A stretch of DNA of 6,250 nt. Origin: Vitrella brassicaformis CCMP3155 (lineage: Eukaryota; Protista; Chromerida). Position numbers and translations under genes: made by a program. Of this stretch, positions 1 through 6,100 are shown in pieces (within the stretch, counting starts at the first letter, position 1; every line of letters begins with the position of its first letter). The stretch is taken from NCBI GenBank assembly GCA_001179505.1, contig CDMY01001014.1, positions 1 to 6,250 of the forward strand, given 5' to 3'. The notes under the pieces were generated by a model, which was given only the letters and a program-made list of their open reading frames with translations, ran no database searches and was not told where the DNA came from.

Positions 1-124
1 CCACACAAGTAAGTACGTGACCAACACACACACACACACAGGCAGGCAGACTGAGCACTTTTGTGACATACGTACATCCAAGCAAACAAACAAGTAGGGG
101 CAAGTAGGCAGGCCGGCAGGGGGG

Positions 125-235
125 TCATGTGTGTGCAGCTGAGGCTCGCTCATCTGTGCGCTCCCCTGCCCACATGCATTCGGGAGGGGGCCCGGCGTAC
201 TCAACAGTCCAAATTTCTTGTATGCGGTCCAAGCA
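125..235 (-). CDS. Possible terminal exon of a minus-strand gene (CLDRIQEIWTVEYAGPPPECMWAGERTDERASAAHT*); upstream connection unresolved
   Basis: Follows a GGTGTGCAG acceptor (AG at 237-236) and runs 37 codons in phase 0 to TGA at 127-125. A candidate 79-nt intron (314-236) starts GTACGT. The peptide looks protein-like, but I cannot join it confidently to further exons. Confidence 0.35.
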   Translation of the reverse strand, partial: CLDRIQEIWTVEYAGPPPECMWAGERTDERASAAHT

Positions 236-295
236 CTGCACACCAGCCTGTGTGTATATGGTCACTCATCGACTACACACGTCCATTCGTCTGCC

Positions 296-706
296 TGTCT
301 GATAACGTACGTACCTTCAGGTGTCTGTGTGGGTGTGTGGATGTGCGAAGGATGCACGAGGCAAAAGCGAAGCAGCAGCAGGAAATGCGCGTACCCATCA
401 ATTCCCCTCCCTCCCTCCCTCGCTCCCCATTTGTCGCGCCAACCGCCAACCGGCCGACACCCACACCAGGTCGTGTGTGCGTGTTGGCCTATTGGCCACC
501 CCCAAACAAACCCACGAAGCAACACACACGTGCAACACAACACGCAACAGCCACACACACATGAGTCGACTCGAATTGATTTGGGATTGCTGGTAGCCTG
601 TCTGTCTGTCTGTCTGTGTGGATGCGTGGATGGGTGGCAAAAGCGAAGGAACAAAATTGCAGCAGCGAAACACAAACACACACACACCCTCCCTCCCTCC
701 CTCCCT
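296..706. repeat. Old local direct duplication (~296-420 vs ~598-706)
   Basis: Exact GGCAAAAGCGAAG at 360-372 and 636-648. Each copy is preceded by GTCTGTGTGG..GTGGATG and followed by GCAGCAG and a (CCCT)n run. Confidence 0.6.
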
Positions 707-934
707 CCGCCATTCAGTTGCCGTGTGGTGCGATGAAAGAGTAAAAACAAAAAGATAATGACAACAAAAATGAGAGTGCGCGAGAGTGCGGTAGAGAGAG
801 TTTGTGTATGTGTGTGTGGATGGCCCCATATAGATGACATAGACAAGGCTTTGGTTGTCCCATCATCACTTCCCCCCCCCCCACACACACAGGTACACAG
901 ATACACCTGTTTGTTGATCTGTCTGTCTGTCTGT

Positions 935-1429
935 CTAGCTACCCGGCCCCCTCAGCGCCTTCAGCCCCGCCACCTCTCCCACTCCCTCAACGCCGACGTG
1001 CTGCTCCAAGAAGGCCAGACTGACCCTCATAAAGCTGCGGTCAGCAGCACTCGGTGTCAGGGAGGGCACCAGTCGCCAGGCGTTGGGCAGCAGCACCATC
1101 AGCAGCCCCACCAGAAGGCAGCACACAATGACGACGCGCAGCGTCACCTTGGCCCACTCTACACCGGTCTCGCTCACAAGATCCCCGCCACCGCCCCAGC
1201 CGCCCTTGGTGCCCTTGCTGTCGTCCGCAGAGGGGTCGTTTGTGCGTGCGGGAGGGGTGGGCGGGCCCTTGTGGGAGATGCACGAGAAGGGCGGGATGAT
1301 GACCCGGATGTCTGTCGATGGGGTGGTGCTGGTCGACGGGGTTGAGATGGCGGCGGTCAGCTCGTGGTCCTCGGGAATGGTCTCCAGACGGAAGGCCGAG
1401 TCGCGAAATGACCGGTAGTGCCGCCGACT
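935..1429 (-). CDS. Gene A exon 2: S/T/P-rich low-complexity region, one hydrophobic helix (VVIVCCLLVGLLMVLL, 1135-1088) and a short tail; hypothetical single-pass membrane protein
   Basis: Acceptor (TCTG)n-TGTCACATAG (AG at 1431-1430), then 495 nt without a stop, in phase 0 (SRRHYRSFRDSAFRLETIPEDHELT...GPGS*), ending at TAG 937-935. Third codon positions are GC-rich, and the exon contains ORF 935..1177. An alternative donor at 942-941 could extend the gene further left. Confidence 0.75.
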   Translation of the reverse strand, partial: SRRHYRSFRDSAFRLETIPEDHELTAAISTPSTSTTPSTDIRVIIPPFSCISHKGPPTPPARTNDPSADDSKGTKGGWGGGGDLVSETGVEWAKVTLRVVIVCCLLVGLLMVLLPNAWRLVPSLTPSAADRSFMRVSLAFLEQHVGVEGVGEVAGLKALRGPGS

Positions 1430-1436
1430 CTATGTG

Positions 1437-1438
1437 AC

Positions 1439-1471
<33 letters not shown>

Positions 1472-1537
1472 TGTGTGTGTGAATGTGTGTGTGTGAGAAC
1501 CAACCAGTGTGTGTGTGAACCAACCAGTGTGTGTGTG
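1437..1537. repeat. Intronic (GACA)n and (GT)n microsatellites plus a 20-bp tandem duplication
   Basis: (GACA)n at ~1436-1469. AACCAACCAGTGTGTGTGTG occurs twice, at 1498-1517 and 1518-1537. Confidence 0.9.
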
Positions 1538-1547
1538 GGTGGCTCAC

Positions 1548-1601
1548 TGACGCGGTCAAGTGAGAAGGGGATAATTTCTCGACTACGGTATATTGGTCCA
1601 T
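1548..1601 (-). CDS. Gene A exon 1 (MDQYTVVEKLSPSHLTAS, 18 codons)
   Basis: ATG at 1601-1599 and GTGAGC donor at 1547. The 118-nt intron (1547-1430) joins in phase 0 to exon 2. The ATG, reading frame and donor region are conserved in the paralogous exon at 4475-4425. Confidence 0.65.
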
Positions 1602-2471
1602 AGTACATGCGCACCAAGCCCACAAAGGTCTTGGATCTTGTCTATCAGTCGTATGTCGGCCTACAGGGGGCCATCAAGGGTCATCCTACGGTCAAAAATG
1701 GCAAAATGGTGACATTTTTTTGCGCCTGCGTAGCGGTGTGAGTTTTGCTGACCTGCCCCTCTCCTTGTGCACGTGTTTTGCCAGCTCAAGGGTGCACCTG
1801 ACTCATGCGTCGGATGGGCCGGGCCGTACACACAGATGGTGTGGCGTGCCTGCAGAGATGACACTCACACATAGAGAAAAGTTCCGCTGCTCGTCAGAAA
1901 AGTTCCGCTCGACGGCTGTGTGTGCCCTGTGCGGTCAATCTGGATGCCCTGGTCAATCTGCCGCCCCGAAATCGCCTGCACACGCACTGGTCGCTGCGCT
2001 GCACATGGGTCGCAACACCCCCCACACACTTGGGTGTCTGTGAGCCCACCCAAACGCACCGAGCGCAGGGGCCAGCTGCAGCATAGCAAAGCCCTCATCG
2101 AGAGCAGGCCTCTGGCGCCCGAATGAGCCTCCGATGCATCCACCTCCCACACACACTGGGCGGCCATCGGCGCATCCACACACAGTTACGGCTCAAGCAC
2201 ACGAAGGAGAGCATCCCAGGAGACCGTCTATTAACGAATAGTGACCTTTTCGTAATGAAGTCGATGGTAAGTTTGTGCGTCGCCAGGACCGGGTCAACAG
2301 ACTTGGCGCAATGCGGCCATCTCTGACACACACAGACACAAAGGCCAATCAGCAGCGGAGATTCGCCCTTCTGGCTGCTCCTGACTGCGTGTATGGCCTT
2401 TCTGTGAGCCTCTCTGCGGAGATCTGCCCCGTTTGGGCGCGTGCCTTTCCTCCCAGCACTTCTAAGCTCGC

Positions 2472-2533
2472 AGGGTTTAAAACCCCACACCCTAAACCCT
2501 ATACCTAAACCCTAATTATGCTGTGTAGGGTTT
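2472..2533. repeat. Interstitial telomere-type (CCCTAAA/TTTAGGG) repeat cluster in both orientations
   Basis: AGGGTTTAAAACCC (2472-2485), CCCTAAACCCTA, CCTAAACCCTAA, then TAGGGTTT (2526-2533). Confidence 0.75.
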
Positions 2534-2909
2534 GCGAATTTCGTGAATGCGCGTGTGGAGGGGTGCGCAGCACGCAGGCAGGCACCTTGCCACACACAGA
2601 TGTGCGCAGGGGTGGGCTGTGTATGCGGTTGTGCAGCAAGGTGCGCACTCACAAACAGACGATGAGCTAATTTGCACTGGTTTGAAATGATGACGTATGG
2701 GCACTGTCCAGTCCACACAATGATGCAACGATGCATCACCTCACTCCCCCGCCCCCCCGACCTGTCTGTCTGTCGAGCAGCCTATACACTCATACGATTA
2801 CGTGTGTATAGGCCAAGTGAGCGTCAGCTGAATCCTCTCGCTCTCAGTTGTGCCTGCGTTCATTCCCCGGCCCCACTCTCTCTCTCTCTCTGTCTCTCTT
2901 TATTCACAC

Positions 2910-3209
2910 NNNNNNNNNNNNNNNNNNNNNNNNNNNNNNNNNNNNNNNNNNNNNNNNNNNNNNNNNNNNNNNNNNNNNNNNNNNNNNNNNNNNNNNNNNN
3001 NNNNNNNNNNNNNNNNNNNNNNNNNNNNNNNNNNNNNNNNNNNNNNNNNNNNNNNNNNNNNNNNNNNNNNNNNNNNNNNNNNNNNNNNNNNNNNNNNNNN
3101 NNNNNNNNNNNNNNNNNNNNNNNNNNNNNNNNNNNNNNNNNNNNNNNNNNNNNNNNNNNNNNNNNNNNNNNNNNNNNNNNNNNNNNNNNNNNNNNNNNNN
3201 NNNNNNNNN
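2910..3209. other. Assembly gap (300 N), preceded by a (CT)n run
   Basis: Run of N. ORFs reported across it are artefacts, and the true gap length is unknown. Confidence 1.
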
Positions 3210-3238
3210 TGCCATACATGGACAGAAACAACTTTGAC

Positions 3239-3605
3239 TGATTGGCCAGTCCATCGGTCTTATTAAAGTAAAAGCACTCTTACTCTGGGACTTACCGCCC
3301 AGCAGATCCTCTATTCAGCTAACTACAGGAAAGGTCCTCACCGGCCTTTTCGCACACATCACTCCACCACTCACTCCCACACCCACACAGTGAGTGTAGT
3401 GTGTGTCACGTCACGTGCCAAAAGTCGTCACCAATCTATCTACACACACAGGACTGAGACCTGTGCTTCAACGCGCCCTCACCAATCGGCCCGCCAAGCC
3501 CCCACCATGACATACACACACATTCTCTCTCACACGCACCACGCCATAAGAATACTGCTGGGTGTGAGCAGCTTTGCAAGCTGGCTCACCCACCACCTGC
3601 CAATC
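3239..3605. promoter_or_regulatory. Possible promoter-like motif cluster: four CCAATC boxes and GTCACGTCACGTG
   Basis: GATTGG at 3240-3245, CCAATC at 3431, 3482 and 3600, and GTCACGTCACGTG at 3405-3417. Motif matches only. Confidence 0.25.
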
Positions 3606-3647
3606 ACTGCATCATTAAAATTCCCCCCCCTCCGTCGGTCTGTCTGG

Positions 3648-3866
3648 TCATATATAATTGTCTTGTGAATCGTCGATGTAAAGCGCGTGCGCGTATGAGT
3701 CTGGCACTTCCTCTGGGGGCACCAATCTCCACCTGCCCAAGCGGTTTCTCGAGATGGCCTCGAAGCCCAGCTCTGTCGCCATCTCATGCATGGCGTCCAG
3801 GTTCGACTTACTTGTCCTGGAGGTCGATCCACATGGGGGGACCGAAACACCGCTGGCGATGCTCCT
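3648..3866 (-). pseudogene. Gene B exon 5, apparently disrupted: (E)EHRQRCFGPPMWIDLQDK*, then after a 4-nt shift SNLDAMHEMATELGFEAISRNRLGRWRLVPPEEVPDSYAHALYIDDSQDNYI*
   Basis: Acceptor (TG)n-TATTCAG (AG at 3868-3867). The phase-1 join from exon 4 gives a GC3-rich frame ending at TAA 3810-3808, inside the tandem ACTT-ACTT (3806-3813). Removing one ACTT restores a frame to TGA 3650-3648. Confidence 0.55.
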
Positions 3867-3964
3867 CTGAATACACACACACACACACACAGGATGGATG
3901 TGCCTGTGTCCACGCGCGAGTGCGTGCGTTCGTTCGTTCGTTCGTAAGTCCGCGCCGTACGTAC

Positions 3965-4017
3965 CATTTCCATTGTCAATCTCACTCCACATGTCGGTGT
4001 AGAACTGTGCGAAGTCC
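3965..4017 (-). CDS. Gene B exon 4 (DFAQFYTDMWSEIDNGN)
   Basis: Acceptor GTGTGGTTGGCAG (AG at 4019-4018) and donor GTACGT at 3964. The exon is 53 nt, and its phases (2 in, 1 out) match the neighbouring exons. Confidence 0.65.
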
Positions 4018-4091
4018 CTGCCAACCACACGCACACACACACGCACCCGCAGGGTGAGCATGCGTTCGTCGGTCGGTGCTTGGCTTCGGAC

Positions 4092-4227
4092 CTTTCATCT
4101 TTGCAGCACTGCTGCCAGATCCGCTCAAGTGCCTTGGCAGAGACCTCGATGTGACTGAAGGGCCGAGATGCATAGACCTCTGCAAGCGCCTTGATGCTCT
4201 CGCGCACATCCCCGCTGAACGGGAGGC
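4092..4227 (-). CDS. Gene B exon 3 (LPFSGDVRESIKALAEVYASRPFSHIEVSAKALERIWQQCCKDE)
   Basis: Acceptor (TG)n-CAG (AG at 4229-4228) with an upstream CTGAC branch-like motif, and donor AAG|GTCCGA at 4091. The exon is 136 nt with GC3-rich codons and amphipathic-helix-like composition. Confidence 0.7.
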
Positions 4228-4268
4228 CTGCACACACACATACATAGCGTCACACACAGGTCAGTCAC

Positions 4269-4335
4269 GAGAGAGAGAGAGAGAGAGAGAGGGAGGGAGA
4301 GAGAGAGAGAGAGAGAGGGAGGGAGGGAGGGAGAG
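4269..4335. repeat. (GA)n/(GGGA)n compound microsatellite inside gene B intron 2
   Basis: Direct reading of the sequence. Confidence 0.95.
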
Positions 4336-4337
4336 AC

Positions 4338-4365
4338 CCAGACGTCCATGCAGTGCAGTGAAGGA
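4338..4365 (-). CDS. Gene B exon 2, 28-nt micro-exon (SFTALHGRL)
   Basis: Acceptor CACCACCCAG (AG at 4367-4366) and donor GTCTCT at 4337. It is the phase 0-to-1 bridge that exons 1 and 3 need. Inferred mainly from that phase requirement. Confidence 0.45.
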
Positions 4366-4424
4366 CTGGGTGGTGTGGTGTGGTGTGATGTGTGTGTGAG
4401 AAGCGGTGTGTGTGGGTGGCTGAC

Positions 4425-4475
4425 CTGGGTCAAGTGAGGAGGGGAAATTTTCTCATTGACGGAATTAGGGTCCAT
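4425..4475 (-). CDS. Gene B exon 1 (MDPNSVNEKISPPHLTQ, 17 codons), paralogous to gene A exon 1
   Basis: ATG at 4475-4473 and CAG|GTCAGC donor at 4424. Aligns in frame with 1601-1548. Confidence 0.6.
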
Positions 4476-5012
4476 ATTTCGTGCGCACCCTAGACTAGTC
4501 TTGGATCTTGTCTATCAGGTCTCTGTCGGCCTGCAGGGGGCCGTCAAGGACGACCCTCAGAGCTCAGAGAGAAGTTCCGCTGCGCGTCAGAAAGATCCGC
4601 TCGACGGCTGCAGCATAGCAAAGCCTTCATCGAGAGCAATCCTCTGACAACCTAAGGAGCCTCCGATGCATCCACTTTCCGCACACACCGGGCGGCCGTA
4701 AGCTGCTCATTCACACACAATCACGGCCCAAGCAACACAAAGATAAGGTCAATGTCCAGGATTTTCGCGTCTATCGTTACCCTTGGGGGATGAAGATGAT
4801 GGTAAGTTTGTGCGTCACCACCAAGGGGTCAACTGTCTTGGTGCAATGCGGCCATCTCTGACACAGACAGACACAAAGGCACGTCGGCAGCAGAGATTTG
4901 ACCTTCTGGCTGCTCCTGGCTGCGTGTGTGGCCTTCCTGTGAGCCTCTCTGCGGGGATCTGTGCGCTTGGGCGCGTGCCTTTCCCCAGCACCTCTAAGCT
5001 CGCAACCCTCCA

Positions 5013-5115
5013 CCCTAAACCCTAATACTCTCTGATTGTGAGGGCTTCTTCCCATTGCAGCGGGGCGGAGAGGCGGCTGAGGTGCTCAGCTAAACCCTAA
5101 TTATGCGTAGGGTTT
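5013..5115. repeat. Interstitial telomere-type repeats, including the inverted pair AAACCCTA-8 nt-TAGGGTTT
   Basis: CCCTAAACCCTAA at 5013-5025, AAACCCTA at 5092-5099 and TAGGGTTT at 5108-5115. Confidence 0.75.
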
Positions 5116-5212
5116 GCGAATTTCGTGAATGCGCGTGTGCAGGAGTGCGCAGCAGACAGGCAGGCACCTTCCCACACACGGATGTGCGCAGGGGCGGGCT
5201 GTGTGTGCAGAG

Positions 5213-5248
5213 AGGGAGGGAGGGAGGGGGCGTGCACTGCGCATGTGC

Positions 5249-5281
<33 letters not shown>

Positions 5282-5455
5282 TGCGTGTGTGTGTGTGTGT
5301 GTGTGTGAACCCCTTTATATATCTCAACGACATTTGACTGATGCATCAGTAAGGCATCCCATCCAGCCACACCTTCATTCATCTCTGTGCCGGGCGTCTG
5401 CCGCACCAGTCAGTATAGCACACACACACACACATCCACACACACACACGCACAC
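5213..5455. repeat. Microsatellite-rich tract: (GGGA)n, (CT)n, (GT)n, (CA)n
   Basis: Runs at ~5213-5228, 5248-5307 and 5418-5455. The ORFs here are repeat artefacts. Confidence 0.9.
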
Positions 5456-5636
5456 AAATGCACCTCCGACATGGATTTCGGAGCCCTCCATTTTATCCAC
5501 ACGTCACACGTCACAGGTCGCTAATGAATGGCTATCGACCCACACACAATTCACCAAAGGACACTCACCGAAGGACACACAGACAGACAGCTGCTCACTC
5601 ACACGTACCTAGTGTGCAGAAAAACCGCTCTTGCAG

Positions 5637-6066
5637 AGCCTCTCTGAAGCCGTCGATGGACTTGCCGCGCGGCACCCATTCATGTGTCGAGCACGATCTC
5701 CTTGACGAAGCTGCCAGCACCTCTCGAGACCTAGCTGCATGGGGACTGGGGGCCGCAGTCTGTCTGAGTGACAAAGACGCCTACAGAGAGAAGGTGCAGG
5801 GGAGAAGCTGAGGGCGTGTGTGCAAGATAATGTGACTATGGGCTATCAGGCCTTACCAAGCATTTGGAATGAGGTTGTGTGTGTGGGTCATGAGGCGAAT
5901 CCGAAGTTGCTCGAAAGGTATCGCGTCAGCATCGGTGAAGTAAAGACCATATAGGTCGGTCTTCATCGCAATCGCACCTTCATCAAGAGGGCAGAAAAGG
6001 TCTGCTAAAGGCCCTTGACGGCATGGCCGATCCGTTGACGTCCTTCATCCTTTTCCTGAGCAGACA
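5637..6066 (+). pseudogene. Possible decayed coding region of unknown family
   Basis: Almost microsatellite-free ~430 bp after a TTGCAG acceptor. Protein-like pieces chain together with three frameshifts and one stop: SLSEAVDGLAARHPF / CVEHDLLDEAASTSRDLAAWGLGAAVCLSDKDAYREKVQG / EKLRACVQDNVTMGYQALPSIWNEVVCVGHEANPKLLERYRVSIGEVKTI*VGLHRNRTFIKRAEKV / LKALDGMADPLTSFILFL. Confidence 0.3.
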
Positions 6067-6100
6067 AGCGCACAAACAGAGAGAGATGTCATGTGGGAAG

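Larger units (their letters stand above)
1529..2626. repeat. Segmental duplication copy 1 (5' block of gene A)
   Basis: Collinear direct similarity to 4406-5208. Shared anchors include GTCTTGGATCTTGTCTATCAG, CAGCATAGCAAAGCC, GATGGTAAGTTTGTGCGTC, GCAATGCGGCCATCTCTGACACA and TAGGGTTTGCGAATTTCGTGAATGCGCGTGTG. Copy 1 has extra segments at ~1690-1872 and 1919-2078. Confidence 0.9.
4406..5208. repeat. Segmental duplication copy 2 (5' block of gene B)
   Basis: Collinear with 1529-2626. Retains a 63-bp segment (5027-5089), flanked by CTAAACCCTAAT direct repeats, that is almost absent from copy 1. Confidence 0.9.

Noticed and set aside
9-138. Plus-strand intron-like segment (GTAAGT ... GTGTGCAG)
   Set aside because: No convincing exon chain follows it, and a better-looking minus-strand exon overlaps 139-235. 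It cannot be excluded without sequence to the left.
1376-1405. RLGLPSGD (alternative frame of gene A exon 2) resembling RLGLPFSGD of gene B
   Set aside because: It lies in the off-frame reading of gene A, the surrounding DNA does not align, and in gene B it spans a tentative junction. Probably chance.
758-1418. Plus-strand ORFs 758..1345 and 1083..1418
   Set aside because: Antisense shadows of gene A exon 2. The minus frame has matching splice sites, GC3 bias and a coherent hydrophobic helix.
1498-1909. Short direct repeats (20 bp x2 at 1498-1537; AGAAAAGTTCCGCT x2 at 1875-1909) as a CRISPR-like array
   Set aside because: Two-copy slippage duplications with no regular spacers, in a eukaryotic context with no cas genes.
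2190-2197. GGCTCAAG, matching the 3' end of the dinoflagellate/Perkinsus spliced leader
   Set aside because: Only 8 nt match, the upstream CCGTAGCCATTTT part is missing, and the paralogous site reads GGCCCAAG.
2472-2485. GGGTTT-A-AAACCC as a telomere-telomere fusion scar
   Set aside because: Only one partial unit on each side, and it is absent from copy 2. Too short to support a fusion.
2275-2508. Paralogous plus-strand ORF pair 2275..2508 and 4783..5025
   Set aside because: Differences are mostly non-synonymous, and the frame is kept only by offsetting 1-nt and 2-nt indels, so there is no sign of coding constraint.
2672-3266. ORFs spanning the gap, and the many HT-, VC- or RE-rich ORFs elsewhere
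   Set aside because: They are translations of N runs or stop-free microsatellites.
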